Source: Rhodospirillales bacterium (GTDB taxonomy: Bacteria > Pseudomonadota > Alphaproteobacteria > Acetobacterales > Acetobacteraceae). From it: a stretch of 64,000 nucleotides of DNA. Positions 49,289 through 59,878 of the stretch are shown here, one piece after another. Positions within the stretch are counted from its first letter, which is position 1. Each line of letters begins with the position of its first letter. Location of the stretch: NCBI GenBank assembly GCA_028871195.1, contig JAGWNT010000005.1:947-64946 (forward strand), written 5' to 3'. The notes beneath the pieces are model-generated. The model was given only the letters and a program-made list of their open reading frames with translations. It was not told where the DNA came from and did not search any database. Made by a program: the position numbers and the translations under genes.

Positions 49289-50394
49289 GGGGCCCGGCAG
49301 TGCGCCCCGTGGTCATCGCCGCAGGCGGCACGGGCGGGCATTTCTTCCCCGCCGAGGCGTTGGCCGCGGAGCTGGTCCGGCGCGGCCAGCGCGTCGTGCT
49401 GATGACCGACGCGCGATCGGGCGGCCTCGCGAGCGGCACCTTCGAGGGGCGCGAACGGTTTGTCCTGGCCGGCGCCGGGCTGGCCGGGCGGGGTCTCGTG
49501 CGGGCCGCGCGGGCGGCGGCGGCGCTGGCACACGGCACGTTGCAGGCGCGGCGCATTCTCGGCCAGCTCGATGCCGCCTGCATCGTGGGCTTCGGCGGCT
49601 ATCCGAGCGTCGCCCCCGTGCTGGCCAGCCGTCTCCTGGCGCGCCGGCCGCGGGTGGTGCTGCACGAGCAGAACGCCGTGCTCGGGCGGGCCAACCGCTT
49701 CCTCGCACGCTTCGCCGATGTGCTGGCGCTGAGCCAGGCGGCGACGCAGCGCGTGCCCGCCGGCCTGGCCCGGGAGGTGACCGGCAATCCGGTGCGCCCG
49801 GCCATCGCCGCCCTCTGCGGCGGCGGCTACACGCCGCCCGACGCGCGGATGAACCTGCTGGTGCTGGGCGGATCGCTCGGCGCGCGGGTGTTCAGCGATG
49901 TCGTGCCGCCGGCGCTGGCCCTGCTGCCGGCGGCGCTGCGGACGCGGCTTCGCGTGGTGCAGCAATGCCGCGCCGAGGATCTCGCCCGCGTCGGCGCGGC
50001 CTACGGGCAATCGGGCATCACGGCCGACCTCGCGCCGTTCTTTGCCGATGTCGCGGCCCGGCTGGCGGCGGCGCATCTGGTGATCGGGCGAGCCGGCGCA
50101 TCGAGCGTGGCCGAGCTGGGTGTCGTCGGCCGGCCGGCCATTCTGGTGCCGCTGCCCGGTGCGATCGACGACCACCAGAGCGCCAATGCCCGCGCGCTGG
50201 GCGACGGGGCCGTGGTGGTGGCGCAGCGCGATGCCACCGCCGAGGCCCTTGCCGGAAAAATCGCGGCACTGCTCGAATCCCCACCGCGACTTGCCGCCAT
50301 GGCCGCGGCGGCGGGCGCGCATGGGCGGGCCAGTGCCGCGGCGGCGCTGGCCGATCTGGTCGAGCGCGTCGCCGCCATGGAGGGCGTGGCATGA
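49285..50394 (+). CDS. murG: UDP-N-acetylglucosamine--N-acetylmuramyl-(pentapeptide) pyrophosphoryl-undecaprenol GlcNAc transferase
   Basis: [15 protein letters not shown]. The start is a GTG at 49285 (GTGA overlap) or a GTG at 49300. Confidence 0.93.
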   Translation: MRGPAVRPVVIAAGGTGGHFFPAEALAAELVRRGQRVVLMTDARSGGLASGTFEGRERFVLAGAGLAGRGLVRAARAAAALAHGTLQARRILGQLDAACIVGFGGYPSVAPVLASRLLARRPRVVLHEQNAVLGRANRFLARFADVLALSQAATQRVPAGLAREVTGNPVRPAIAALCGGGYTPPDARMNLLVLGGSLGARVFSDVVPPALALLPAALRTRLRVVQQCRAEDLARVGAAYGQSGITADLAPFFADVAARLAAAHLVIGRAGASSVAELGVVGRPAILVPLPGAIDDHQSANARALGDGAVVVAQRDATAEALAGKIAALLESPPRLAAMAAAAGAHGRASAAAALADLVERVAAMEGVA

Positions 50395-51830
50395 GGGCGC
50401 TGCCGCTTTCCATCGGCACCATTCATTTCGTCGGGATCGGCGGCATCGGCATGTCGGGCATCGCCGAGGTGCTGCACACGCTCGGCTATTCGGTGCAGGG
50501 CAGCGACATCTCCGACAACGCCAATGTGAAGCGCCTGCGCGAGAGCGGCATCATGGTGGCGATCGGCCATGCCGCCGGGAATCTCGGCCAGGCCCGCGTG
50601 GTGGTGACATCGACCGCGGTGAAGGCCGACAACCCCGAGGTGCAGGCCGCACGCGCACGGCTCATTCCGGTGGTGCGGCGGGCCGAGATGCTGGCCGAGC
50701 TGATGCGGCTGAAATGGTCGATCGCGGTCGGCGGTTCGCACGGCAAGACGACGACGACGAGCCTGATCGCCGCCGTGCTGGAGACCGCGCATCTCGACCC
50801 GACCGTCATCAATGGCGGCATCATCAACGCCTATGGCAGCAACACCCGTCTGGGTGCCGGCGACTGGATGGTGGTGGAGGCCGATGAGAGCGATGGCAGC
50901 TTCCTGCGCCTGCCGGCCACCATCGCCGTGGTCACCAACATGGACCCCGAGCATCTCGATCACTGGGGCACCGGGGAAGCGATGATCGCGGGCTTCCACC
51001 AGTTCGTGCAGAACATCCCCTTCTACGGCTTCGCCGTGCTGTGCATCGACCACCCCGCGGTCCAGCAGATGATCCCGCATCTGGCCGACCGGCGGGTGAT
51101 CACCTACGGCTTCAGCCCGCAGGCCGATGTGCGCGCCGAAGGGTTGAAGGCGGACAAGATGGGCGCGTCCTTCGAGGTCTATGTCAGCGACCGCGCGCGC
51201 GGGCGCGGCCGCAAGCTGGGACCGTTCCGCTTGCCCATGCTCGGCCAGCACAATGTCCAGAACGCCCTGGCCGCGGTGGCGATCGGCATCGAGATGGACA
51301 TCGACGACGCGACATTGCGCAGCGCCTTCGCCGGCTTCCGCGGCGTCAAGCGGCGCTTCACCAAGACCGGCGAGGCCGGCGGCATCACGGTGATCGACGA
51401 TTACGGCCATCATCCGGTGGAGATCGCCGCGGTGCTGAAGGCGGCCCGCCAGGCCGGCGCGCGCGACGTGGTCGCCGTGGTGCAGCCGCATCGCTACAGC
51501 CGCCTCGCCTCGCTGTTCGAGGAGTTCTGCACCTGCATGAACGATGCCGGCACGGTGATCGTGGCCGATGTCTATGCCGCCGGCGAGGCGGCGATCGCGG
51601 GCGTGTCGCGCGACGCGCTGGTCGAGGGGCTGCGCGCGCGCGGGCACCGCAGCGTGGCGCCGCTGGGCGGGCCCGAGCATCTCGCCGAAATGATCCATGC
51701 CGTGGCACGGCCTGGCGACTACGTGATCTGCCTGGGCGCCGGCACCATCACCCAATGGGCCGCCGCCCTGCCCGGCCAGCTCGCCGCCTTGCAGGCCGAA
51801 CAGGCGCGCCGCGCCGGCGGTGGCCCATGA
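50391..51830 (+). CDS. murC: UDP-N-acetylmuramate--L-alanine ligase
   Basis: [17 protein letters not shown] and [17 protein letters not shown] overlap. Confidence 0.95.
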   Translation: MRALPLSIGTIHFVGIGGIGMSGIAEVLHTLGYSVQGSDISDNANVKRLRESGIMVAIGHAAGNLGQARVVVTSTAVKADNPEVQAARARLIPVVRRAEMLAELMRLKWSIAVGGSHGKTTTTSLIAAVLETAHLDPTVINGGIINAYGSNTRLGAGDWMVVEADESDGSFLRLPATIAVVTNMDPEHLDHWGTGEAMIAGFHQFVQNIPFYGFAVLCIDHPAVQQMIPHLADRRVITYGFSPQADVRAEGLKADKMGASFEVYVSDRARGRGRKLGPFRLPMLGQHNVQNALAAVAIGIEMDIDDATLRSAFAGFRGVKRRFTKTGEAGGITVIDDYGHHPVEIAAVLKAARQAGARDVVAVVQPHRYSRLASLFEEFCTCMNDAGTVIVADVYAAGEAAIAGVSRDALVEGLRARGHRSVAPLGGPEHLAEMIHAVARPGDYVICLGAGTITQWAAALPGQLAALQAEQARRAGGGP

Positions 51831-52780
51831 TGGCCGCACGCGCCGTGCCGCATCTGGCGGACACGCTGCCGCCGCTGCGCGGCCGCACGCAGCCGGACGC
51901 GCCGCTTGCGCCGATGACGTGGTTTCGCGTCGGCGGCACGGCCGAGGTGCTGGTGCGTCCGGCGGATGCCGAGGATCTCGCCGATTTCCTGCGCGCCCTG
52001 CCGCACGAGATTCCGGTGACGGTGATCGGCGCCGCCTCGAACCTGATCGTGCGCGATGGCGGCATCGGCGGCGTCGTGGTGCGCCTGGCGCGCGGCTTCG
52101 GCGCCATCGAGATCGAGCGCGACGGCGTGCTCGCCGGCGCGGCCGCGCTCGATGTCACCGTCGCCGAGCACGCCGCCGCCGCCGGGCTCGCGGGGCTCGA
52201 GTTCCTGTCGGGCATTCCAGGCAGCATCGGTGGCGCGGTGGCGATGAATGCCGGCGCCTATGGCAGCGACGTCGCCGGCACGCTGGATTGGGCCGAGCTG
52301 GTGACGCGCAGCGGTGAGAAGGTACGCCTGTCGGCGAGCCAGCTCGCCTTCGCCTATCGCCATGCGAGCCTGCCGCCGGGCGGCATCGTGGTGCGCGCCC
52401 GCTTCCGTGCGCAGGCGGGCGAGCCGGCGTTGATCGCCACCCGCATGGCCGAAATCCGCGCCGCCCGCGAGGCAAGCCAGCCGGTGCGCGCGCGCACCGG
52501 CGGCTCGACCTTCCGCAACCCGGACGCGGCCCTCTGCGGCGGCATGAAGGCGTGGGAGCTGATCGACGCCGCGGGCTGCCGCGGGCTCGCGCGCGGGGGC
52601 GCGCAGGTGTCCGAAAAGCACTGCAACTTCCTCATCAACACCGGCGACGCGACGGCCGCGGACATCGAGGGGCTGGGCGAGGAGGTGCGCGCGCGCGTGC
52701 ACGCGATGAGCGGGATTTCGCTGGTCTGGGAAATCCGCCGCATCGGGCGCCCGGCGCCCCGGCTGGAGGCGGTGACATGA
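51827..52780 (+). CDS. murB: UDP-N-acetylenolpyruvoylglucosamine reductase
   Basis: The FAD-binding PCMH domain is [15 protein letters not shown]...[12 protein letters not shown], and the C-terminus has [12 protein letters not shown] overlap. Confidence 0.95.
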   Translation: MMAARAVPHLADTLPPLRGRTQPDAPLAPMTWFRVGGTAEVLVRPADAEDLADFLRALPHEIPVTVIGAASNLIVRDGGIGGVVVRLARGFGAIEIERDGVLAGAAALDVTVAEHAAAAGLAGLEFLSGIPGSIGGAVAMNAGAYGSDVAGTLDWAELVTRSGEKVRLSASQLAFAYRHASLPPGGIVVRARFRAQAGEPALIATRMAEIRAAREASQPVRARTGGSTFRNPDAALCGGMKAWELIDAAGCRGLARGGAQVSEKHCNFLINTGDATAADIEGLGEEVRARVHAMSGISLVWEIRRIGRPAPRLEAVT

Positions 52781-53694
52781 AGCGCGTGGCGGTACTCTAT
52801 GGCGGCATCTCGGCCGAGCGCGAGGTCAGCCTCGCCTCCGGACGGCAGGTGATCGTCGCGCTGAGCGAGGCGGGCTACACGGTCGTCCCGATCGAGGTCG
52901 GCGCCGATCTGGGCGCCGTCCTCGCGGCACTCGACCCCCGGCCCGACGCGGTCTTCAACGCGCTGCACGGCCGCTTCGGCGAGGATGGCGCGATCCAGGG
53001 CGTGCTGGACTGGCTCGACATCCCCTACACCCATTCCGGCGTGCGCGCCTCGGCGCTGGCGATGGACAAGGCGGCGGCAAAGGCGGTGTTCCAGGCTGCG
53101 GGTTTGCCGGTGGCGCGCGGGCGGATGGTCGACATCTCCGAGCTCGAGCAGGGCGATCCGCTGCCGCTCCCCTACGTCGTCAAGCCGGTCAACGAGGGCT
53201 CCTCCGTCGGCGTCGAGATCATCCGCGCGGGCGACAACCGCCGGGCCGCCGTGGCCGCCGGCTGGCGTTTCGGCGGGCAGGCGCTGGTCGAGGAATACAT
53301 CCCCGGCCGCGAGCTCACCGTCGGCGTGATGGGCGAGCAGGCGCTGGCGGTGACCGAGATCGAGGCCAGCCATAATTTCTACGATTATGAATCGAAATAC
53401 GCCGAGGGCGGCTCGCGCCACGTCATCCCCGCCCAGGTCGATGCCGGCATCTATGTCCGCGCGCAGGAACTGGCGGTGGCGGCACACCGGGCGCTGGGCT
53501 GCCGCGGCGCCTCGCGCGCGGATTTCCGGTACGACGACACCGCCGGCGAGCCGGGGCGGCTCGTGCTGCTCGAGGTCAACACCCAACCCGGGCTGACGCC
53601 GACCTCGCTGCTGCCCGAGCAGGCCGCGCATCTGGGCATGTCGTTTCCGGCACTCTGCGCCTGGATGGTGGAGAACGCCGCATGCCGCGCGTGA
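52777..53694 (+). CDS. ddl: D-alanine--D-alanine ligase
   Basis: [22 protein letters not shown] with an ATP-grasp body. ATGA overlap. Confidence 0.95.
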   Translation: MKRVAVLYGGISAEREVSLASGRQVIVALSEAGYTVVPIEVGADLGAVLAALDPRPDAVFNALHGRFGEDGAIQGVLDWLDIPYTHSGVRASALAMDKAAAKAVFQAAGLPVARGRMVDISELEQGDPLPLPYVVKPVNEGSSVGVEIIRAGDNRRAAVAAGWRFGGQALVEEYIPGRELTVGVMGEQALAVTEIEASHNFYDYESKYAEGGSRHVIPAQVDAGIYVRAQELAVAAHRALGCRGASRADFRYDDTAGEPGRLVLLEVNTQPGLTPTSLLPEQAAHLGMSFPALCAWMVENAACRA

Positions 53695-54617
53695 AGCCCG
53701 CAGCCCCTTCGCGCATGCAGGACCGTCCGGGGCGGTGGAAGTTGCTGTGGCGGCGGCAACGCAAGCTGCGCCGCCCGGCGCTGCTCGGCGCCGCAGTGCT
53801 GGCGCTCATGCTGGTGTTCGCGATCGTGGTGCGCGTCGGTGGCAGCGGAGCGAGCTTCGACGAACGCTTCGGCAACCTCACCGCCCGGCTCGGCTTCAAC
53901 GTGCAGAAGCTGGTGATCGAGGGGCGGCAGAAGACGCCCGAGCCGATGCTGCGCGCGGCGCTGGGCATCACCCGGGGCGATCCCATCCTGACCTTCGGCG
54001 TGGCCGACGCCCGGGCGCGCATCGAGACGATCAACTGGGTGCAGTCCGCCACCGTCGAGCGGCGGCTGCCGGACACCATCCTGGTGCATCTGGTGGAGCG
54101 GCGGCCATTCGCGGTGTGGCAGCACAACGGCAAGTTCGTGCTGATCGACCGCGACGGCAACACGGTGACCGACGCCGACGTGGCGGCCTTCGCAAGCCAG
54201 GTGCCGCTGGTGGTCGGCGCCGGCGCGCCGCATGCCGCGGCCGCCCTGCTCGACACGCTGAGCACCCAGCCGACGCTGCTCGCGCGCATGGTCGCGGCCG
54301 TCCGGGTCGGCGAGCGGCGGTGGAATCTGCGCATGAACAACGGCGCCGATGTCGAGCTGCCGGAGGATGCCGAGGCGCCGGCGCTGGCCCGGCTGGCGCA
54401 GCTCGAGACCCAGTACAAGCTGCTCGACCGCCCGCTGCGCGTCATCGACATGCGCCTGCCCGACCGGCTGGTGCTGCGCCCGCTGCCGGCGACGCCCGCC
54501 CAGGCGACACCCGCCCAGACGGCGACCGGCCCCGGCGGCGCGCGCGCCCCGGCCGCCACGCCGGCCCCCGCCGCCCCCCCTGCCCCGGCTTCAGCCCAGA
54601 CGAGGAAACCGACATGA
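53682..54617 (+). CDS. ftsQ: Cell division protein FtsQ
   Basis: The TM segment is LLGAAVLALMLVFAIVV and the POTRA region is VQKLVIEGRQKTPEPMLRAAL...VERRLPDTILVHLVER. It has a PA-rich C-terminal tail. Confidence 0.92.
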   Translation: MPRVKPAAPSRMQDRPGRWKLLWRRQRKLRRPALLGAAVLALMLVFAIVVRVGGSGASFDERFGNLTARLGFNVQKLVIEGRQKTPEPMLRAALGITRGDPILTFGVADARARIETINWVQSATVERRLPDTILVHLVERRPFAVWQHNGKFVLIDRDGNTVTDADVAAFASQVPLVVGAGAPHAAAALLDTLSTQPTLLARMVAAVRVGERRWNLRMNNGADVELPEDAEAPALARLAQLETQYKLLDRPLRVIDMRLPDRLVLRPLPATPAQATPAQTATGPGGARAPAATPAPAAPPAPASAQTRKPT

Positions 54618-55915
54618 ACGACATGTCCCGCCGCGTGCTGACGCCACCGACGCTGGAGGCCGAGCCGCCGCCGCGGCTGCGGGGGCGCCATTCCGGACCG
54701 TTCGGCGTGCTCGACATCGGCACCAGCAAGATCGCCTGCGTCATCGGGCGGGTGGAATCGGACGGCAGCCTGCGGGTGATCGGGTTCGGCTGGCAGAAGG
54801 GGCGCGGCGTGCGCGGCGGCGGCATCCTCGACATCGAGGAAGCCGAGCGCGCCATCCGCGCCGCCGTGGGCCAGGCCGAGGAAGAGGCCGGCATGCGGCT
54901 GCGCAGCGTCACGGTCAACCTGTCCGCCGGCCAGCCGGAGAGCCGGCTGTTCAACATGCAATGGCCGATCGGCGGGCGGGCGGTGGGCGAGCAGGATATC
55001 CGCCGCATCCTCGCCGAGGGGCGGGCGCGGGCGGCCACCGAGAACCGCAGCATCATCCACGCCCTGCCGCTGGCCTTCGCGGCCGACGGGGCGGAGGGGG
55101 TAATCGATCCGCGCGGCCTGCATTGCGATGTGCTGGGCAGCCGGCTGCACGTGGTTGACGCGGTCACGACGGCTCTGCGCACGCTCGATGCGTGTCTGTC
55201 ACGCTGCGATCTGGAGATTGCCGAGCTGGTGTCTGCGCCTATGGCCGCGGGCATGGCCACGCTCGTCGAGGACGAGCGGCTGCTGGGCGCAACCGTGCTC
55301 GACATGGGCGGCGGCACCACCGGCATGGCGGTGTTCGCCGAGGGCCACCTGATGCACACGGCCCAGCTGCCGATCGGCGGCGTGCACGTGACCAACGACA
55401 TCGCGCGCATCCTCTCCACGCCCGTGGCGCATGCCGAGCGGCTGAAGACCCTTTACGGCAGCGCGCAATCCAGCCCGGACGACGAGCGCGAGATGCTGCC
55501 GGTGCCGCTGGTCGGCGAGGAGGAGCACCAGATCGCCAAGGTGCCGCGCAGCATGGTGGTGAACATCATCAAGCCGCGCCTCGAAGAAACCTTCGAGATG
55601 GTCAAGGAGCGCATCGAGGCCTCGGGCCTGGCGCGCGCCGCGGGCCACCGGGTGGTGCTGACGGGCGGCGCCTCGCAGCTCTCGGGCGTGCGCGACATGG
55701 CGCACCGCATTCTCGGCCGCCAGGTGCGCGCCGGGCGGCCGGCGCCGCTGCGCGGCCTGCCGGACAGTGCCGCCGGCCCGGCCTTCGCAACCACCATCGG
55801 GCTGCTCGCCTGGGCCGCCGGCGAGGGGCGCAGCCTGCCCGACATCGATCTGGACGGCGAGGCGCCGCGCGGGCGGTTCGCCCGTTTCGTCAATTTCCTA
55901 CGCAATCTCGCTTGA
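54614..55915 (+). CDS. ftsA: Cell division protein FtsA
   Basis: The actin-fold motifs are [14 protein letters not shown] and [18 protein letters not shown] overlap with ftsQ. Confidence 0.95.
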   Translation: MNDMSRRVLTPPTLEAEPPPRLRGRHSGPFGVLDIGTSKIACVIGRVESDGSLRVIGFGWQKGRGVRGGGILDIEEAERAIRAAVGQAEEEAGMRLRSVTVNLSAGQPESRLFNMQWPIGGRAVGEQDIRRILAEGRARAATENRSIIHALPLAFAADGAEGVIDPRGLHCDVLGSRLHVVDAVTTALRTLDACLSRCDLEIAELVSAPMAAGMATLVEDERLLGATVLDMGGGTTGMAVFAEGHLMHTAQLPIGGVHVTNDIARILSTPVAHAERLKTLYGSAQSSPDDEREMLPVPLVGEEEHQIAKVPRSMVVNIIKPRLEETFEMVKERIEASGLARAAGHRVVLTGGASQLSGVRDMAHRILGRQVRAGRPAPLRGLPDSAAGPAFATTIGLLAWAAGEGRSLPDIDLDGEAPRGRFARFVNFLRNLA

Positions 55916-55970
55916 GGCCGGTGCGAATCGGCCACGCACGATACAAGCCGCTTTCCTGGGGAGACATCCG

Positions 55971-57725
55971 ATGACCCTGAACCTGACCGTTTCGCCGCAG
56001 CTGCATATCGACTTCACCCCCCGGATCACCGTGATCGGCGTCGGCGGCGGCGGCACCAATGCCGTCGACAACATGATCGCCATGAACCTTCAGGGCGTCG
56101 AATTCGTCGTGGCCAACACCGACGCGCAGCAGCTCGTGCACTCGCGCGCGAGCCGGCGCATCCAGCTTGGCCCGCACCTCACCCAGGGGCTCGGCGCCGG
56201 CGCGAAGCCGGAGATCGGACGGGCCGCGGCCGAGGAGGCGATCGACGAGCTCGATCGTCATCTCGAAGGCGCGCACATGGTCTTCATCACGGCCGGCATG
56301 GGCGGCGGCACCGGCACCGGGGCGGCGCCGGTCATCGCGCGCATGGCCCGCGAGCGCGGCATCCTGACCGTCGGCGTGGTCACCAAGCCGTTCACCTTCG
56401 AAGGCAGCCGGCGCGCCCGCGCCGCCGATGCGGGCATCGGCGAGCTGCAACAATACGTCGATACGCTGATCGTGATTCCGAACCAGAACCTGTTCCGTCT
56501 CGCCAATGAGCGGACCGGCTGGAAGGAAGCCTTCAAGATGGCCGACAACGTCCTCTACATGGGCGTGCGCGGCGTCACCGACCTGATGGTCGCCCCCGGC
56601 ATGGTCAATCTGGACTTTGCCGATATCCGCACGGTGATGGCGGAGATGGGCAAGGCGATGATGGGCACCGGCGAGGCCGAGGGCGAGAACCGCGCCATCC
56701 GTGCAGCCGAATCCGCGATCAGCAACCCGCTGCTGGAGGATACCTGCATGGCCGGCGCGCGCGGCCTGCTGATCAACATCACCGGCGGCGAGGATATGAC
56801 GCTGTTCGAAGTCGATCAGGCGGCCAACCGCATCCGCGAGGAAGTGGACGAGGAAGCCAACATCATCTTCGGCTCGGCGATCGATGATTCGCTGCAGGGC
56901 CGGATCCGCGTCTCGGTGGTGGCGACCGGCATCGAGTCCGCCGAGAGCCGCAACGCCGAGCGCCCCAAGCTGATCGCCGTCGGCGGCGGCGCGGTGCATG
57001 CGGTGGGTCAGCCGATCGGTGGCGGCACGACGGCCGGCGCCCAGGCCGTCGGCGGCGCGCCGGGCACGGCGGCACCGCAGCCGACGCTGCTGCGCCCCGG
57101 CGTGCCGGCCGGCTTCGTGGCACCCCGCCCGCCGGGCCCCGCGGCGCGACCAGCGGCCGGCGGCATCGCCCCGCTTCAGGCAAGTCCGCTGCAGGCAAGC
57201 CCGCTACAGGCAGCCCCCGCCCATGCGGCCCAGCCAATGGCCTTGCAGACCCCGCCGCGCGCGCCCGAAATGGACATCGCCCCCCCGCAAGTCCAGATGC
57301 AGCCCCAGGTGCAGGGCCAGCCCGCGCAGCCGACGCCGGCCCCCATCTACGATGTCGAATTCGATGAGCCGCCCATGGGGCCACGGCCGATTCCGGCGCA
57401 TTTGCAGCAGCCGCTGCGGCCGCAGCCGGCCAAGCCGCGCCCGGCCCCGCGCAATGGCGGCCTGTTCGCCGATCCGCCGCGCGCCGATGGGCCGGCGCCC
57501 GGGCCGGCACCGAAGCGCAGCCTGTTCGGCATCGTCACCGGTGCGCTGCGCGGCGGGCTGCCCACCGAGCAGGCGCCGCGTGCCGAGGCGGCGGCCCAGC
57601 AGGCCGCACAGTATGCCGCCCAGCACGAGGCGCCGGCCGAAGCGCCGCGGCCTGAATTGCGCCAGACGGGCGGCGAGGAAATGGGCATCGACATTCCCGC
57701 CTTCCTGCGCCGGCAATCCTCGTAG
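55971..57725 (+). CDS. ftsZ: Cell division protein FtsZ
   Basis: The tubulin signature is [13 protein letters not shown], with [12 protein letters not shown] at the N-terminus. A long PA-rich linker precedes the conserved C-terminal peptide [20 protein letters not shown] precedes the ATG. Confidence 0.97.
   Translation: MTLNLTVSPQLHIDFTPRITVIGVGGGGTNAVDNMIAMNLQGVEFVVANTDAQQLVHSRASRRIQLGPHLTQGLGAGAKPEIGRAAAEEAIDELDRHLEGAHMVFITAGMGGGTGTGAAPVIARMARERGILTVGVVTKPFTFEGSRRARAADAGIGELQQYVDTLIVIPNQNLFRLANERTGWKEAFKMADNVLYMGVRGVTDLMVAPGMVNLDFADIRTVMAEMGKAMMGTGEAEGENRAIRAAESAISNPLLEDTCMAGARGLLINITGGEDMTLFEVDQAANRIREEVDEEANIIFGSAIDDSLQGRIRVSVVATGIESAESRNAERPKLIAVGGGAVHAVGQPIGGGTTAGAQAVGGAPGTAAPQPTLLRPGVPAGFVAPRPPGPAARPAAGGIAPLQASPLQASPLQAAPAHAAQPMALQTPPRAPEMDIAPPQVQMQPQVQGQPAQPTPAPIYDVEFDEPPMGPRPIPAHLQQPLRPQPAKPRPAPRNGGLFADPPRADGPAPGPAPKRSLFGIVTGALRGGLPTEQAPRAEAAAQQAAQYAAQHEAPAEAPRPELRQTGGEEMGIDIPAFLRRQSS
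57171..57215 (+). repeat. 3 x 15-nt imperfect in-frame tandem repeat in the ftsZ linker
   Basis: CCGCTTCAGGCAAGT / CCGCTGCAGGCAAGC / CCGCTACAGGCAGCC encodes [15 protein letters not shown]. Confidence 0.85.
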
Positions 57726-57811
57726 CCGCCACAAGGCCGTAACGCACCGCAAAAGAAGCCTTATTTTCAACACATTAAACCGAAACATTCGGCAATAATC
57801 ATTGACTGGTG

Positions 57812-57845
57812 AACCGGGTGGAGGCCGCTTAGCTTCCACCCGGTT
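57812..57845 (+). terminator. Perfect 11-bp stem-loop between ftsZ and lpxC (terminator or lpxC leader structure)
   Basis: AACCGGGTGGA-(12-nt loop)-TCCACCCGGTT lies 87 nt after the ftsZ stop and about 40 nt before the lpxC start. It has no clean U-tract (GTCATATCT follows). Confidence 0.4.
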
Positions 57846-57886
57846 GTCATATCTGGGCGGCCGGATTGAGGAGTTTCGGTTTGGCG

Positions 57887-58891
57887 ATGGATGGCTTGCC
57901 GCAAACGCTGCCGCTGCAGATGATCGCGACGCCCCAGCGCACGCTGAAGGCATCCATCGGCTGCGTCGGCATCGGGCTGCATTCCGGCCGCAAGATCGCG
58001 CTGACGCTGCATCCGGCGCCGATCGGCAGCGGCATCGTCTTCCGCCGCAGCGATATGGGCGTCGAAATCCCGGCGCGCTTCGATCATGTCGTCGAGACCC
58101 GCCTGTGCACGGTGCTGGCGCGGCCCGACCGGCCGGAAGCCCGCATCGCCACCGTCGAGCACGTCATGGCGGCACTCGCCGGCTGCGGCATCAGCAACGC
58201 GGTGGTCGAGATCGACGGGCCGGAAGTGCCGATCCTCGACGGGTCGGCGGCGAGCTTCGTCTTCCTCGTCGATTGTGCCGGCATCCTGGTGCAGGACGCC
58301 GCAGCCCCGGTCATCGAAATCCTGCGCCCGGTGCGGGTGACCCAGGGCGATGCGATGGTCGAGCTGCGGCCGGCGCCGTTCGGGTTCGACATGGCGCTGT
58401 CGATCGATTTCGCCGCCGCGGCGATCGGCCGGCAGGCGCTGTCCCTGCGGCTCTCCGCCGAGTCGTTCCGCGGCGAGCTGGCGCGGGCGCGCACCTTCAC
58501 GCTGGCCTCGGAAATCGCCAGCCTGCGTGCCGCCGGCCTGGCGCTGGGCGGCAGCCTGGAGAACGCGGTGGTGGTGGATGAGGCGCGGGTGCTGAACCCG
58601 GCCGGGCTGCGCATGCCGGATGAATTCGTCCGCCACAAGCTGCTCGACGCGGTTGGCGATCTGGCCTTGGCCGGCGCCCAGCTGCGCGGCCGGTTCATCG
58701 GCCACCGCGCCGGGCACGCGCTGAACAACCAGCTGCTGCGCGCGCTGTTCGCCGACGACGCCAACTGGGCCATCGCGCCGACGGGCAGGCTGGCCGGCGA
58801 GGCCTCGCCGATGCTGCGCGGCAGCGCCGGGCTGCCCAGCCTCGCCGCCTGGCAGGAGCGCCATCTGCCAGTGGCAGCCGCCCCAGTCTAA
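57887..58891 (+). CDS. lpxC: UDP-3-O-acyl-N-acetylglucosamine deacetylase
   Basis: QRTLKASIGCVGIGLHSGRKIALTLHPA and HKLLDAVGDLAL. The start is uncertain: TTG 57866 (ORF track), TTG 57881 (6 nt after GAGGAG), ATG 57887 or ATG 57920. Confidence 0.92.
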   Translation: MDGLPQTLPLQMIATPQRTLKASIGCVGIGLHSGRKIALTLHPAPIGSGIVFRRSDMGVEIPARFDHVVETRLCTVLARPDRPEARIATVEHVMAALAGCGISNAVVEIDGPEVPILDGSAASFVFLVDCAGILVQDAAAPVIEILRPVRVTQGDAMVELRPAPFGFDMALSIDFAAAAIGRQALSLRLSAESFRGELARARTFTLASEIASLRAAGLALGGSLENAVVVDEARVLNPAGLRMPDEFVRHKLLDAVGDLALAGAQLRGRFIGHRAGHALNNQLLRALFADDANWAIAPTGRLAGEASPMLRGSAGLPSLAAWQERHLPVAAAPV

Positions 58892-58996
58892 CGTTCCGCC
58901 TGATACCCCGCCTGGCATCCCGTTCGAGGCAGGCATTCGAGTTGGGGTTCGCCTCCGCGCCCGGCGTGCTATAAGCGGCGCCTGTCAGTTTTCCCG

Positions 58997-59878
58997 GTGA
59001 CCGCCTTGCACATTTCCCGCTTTCTCGCGCGCTCCCTTTCCGCGTCCCTGCTGCTGGCCACGCTGGCCGGCTGCTCATGGATCTCGCCGTGGAGCGGCAA
59101 TGTGAGCGATCTCGCGCCGAAGGAGGACGCCAGCAACATCCCGGTCGAAGACCTGTACAATCACGGCGTCGATGCGCTGAACGCAAAGGACTACACGAGC
59201 GCGTCCAAGCAGTTCGACCTGGTCGAGCAGAACTACCCGTATTCGAGCTGGGCGGTGAACGCGCAGCTCATGCAGGGTTACTCCCAGTACCTCATGCACA
59301 ACTACACCGATGCCACGGGAACGCTGGATCGCTTCATCCAGCTGCACCCGTCCAACCACGACATCGCCTACGCCTATTATCTGCGCGCGCTGTGCTTCTA
59401 TGAGCAGATTTCCGACGTCAAGCGCGACCAGAAAGCAACGCAGGAGGCGATCACCGCGTTGCAGGACGTGGTCAACCGCTTCCCCGACAGTTCCTACGCC
59501 CGCGATGCGCGGCTGAAGATCGATCTCGGGCGCGACCATCTGGCCGGGCATGAGATGGAGATCGGGCGTTTCTACGAGAACCAGCACCTCTACGCCGCCG
59601 CGATCGGCCGTTTCCAGCGGGTGGTGGATGATTTCCAGACCACAAACCACGTCGCCGAGGCCCTGCACCGGCTGACCGAGATCTACCTCATTCTCGGCCT
59701 GCCCGACCAGGCGCGGCGGGCGGCGGCCGTGCTCGGGCATAATTATCCGGGCAGCCCGTGGTATCGTGACAGCTACAACCAGCTGCTGGCCGACGGACAA
59801 GTGCCCAACGCCAAGGGTGGCCCGGTGCCGAGCAACGAGCCCGGCTTCCTCAGCCGCGCGTGGCATACGATCTTCTGA
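58997..59878 (+). CDS. bamD: Outer membrane protein assembly factor BamD (lipoprotein, TPR-like)
   Basis: GTG start with a lipoprotein signal ending in the lipobox LLATLAGC. YfiO-like repeats are present (YYLRALCFYEQ, RFPDSSYARDARLKI). Confidence 0.9.
   Translation: MTALHISRFLARSLSASLLLATLAGCSWISPWSGNVSDLAPKEDASNIPVEDLYNHGVDALNAKDYTSASKQFDLVEQNYPYSSWAVNAQLMQGYSQYLMHNYTDATGTLDRFIQLHPSNHDIAYAYYLRALCFYEQISDVKRDQKATQEAITALQDVVNRFPDSSYARDARLKIDLGRDHLAGHEMEIGRFYENQHLYAAAIGRFQRVVDDFQTTNHVAEALHRLTEIYLILGLPDQARRAAAVLGHNYPGSPWYRDSYNQLLADGQVPNAKGGPVPSNEPGFLSRAWHTIF

Noticed and set aside
40300-57500. Repetitive GC-rich stretches in ftsL, ftsQ and ftsZ, checked as possible CRISPR or other non-coding repeat arrays
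   Set aside because: They are in-frame Pro/Ala-rich coding low-complexity regions with at most 2-3 short tandem units. There is no repeat-spacer periodicity and there are no cas genes anywhere in the window.
58997-59878. bamD looks less GC-rich than its neighbours, raising the possibility of horizontal acquisition
   Set aside because: The lower GC comes from amino-acid composition (many Tyr/Asn/Asp/Gln/Phe codons). Third positions remain C/G-rich like the rest of the window, and the lpxC-bamD-recN-ligA synteny is the conserved alphaproteobacterial arrangement.
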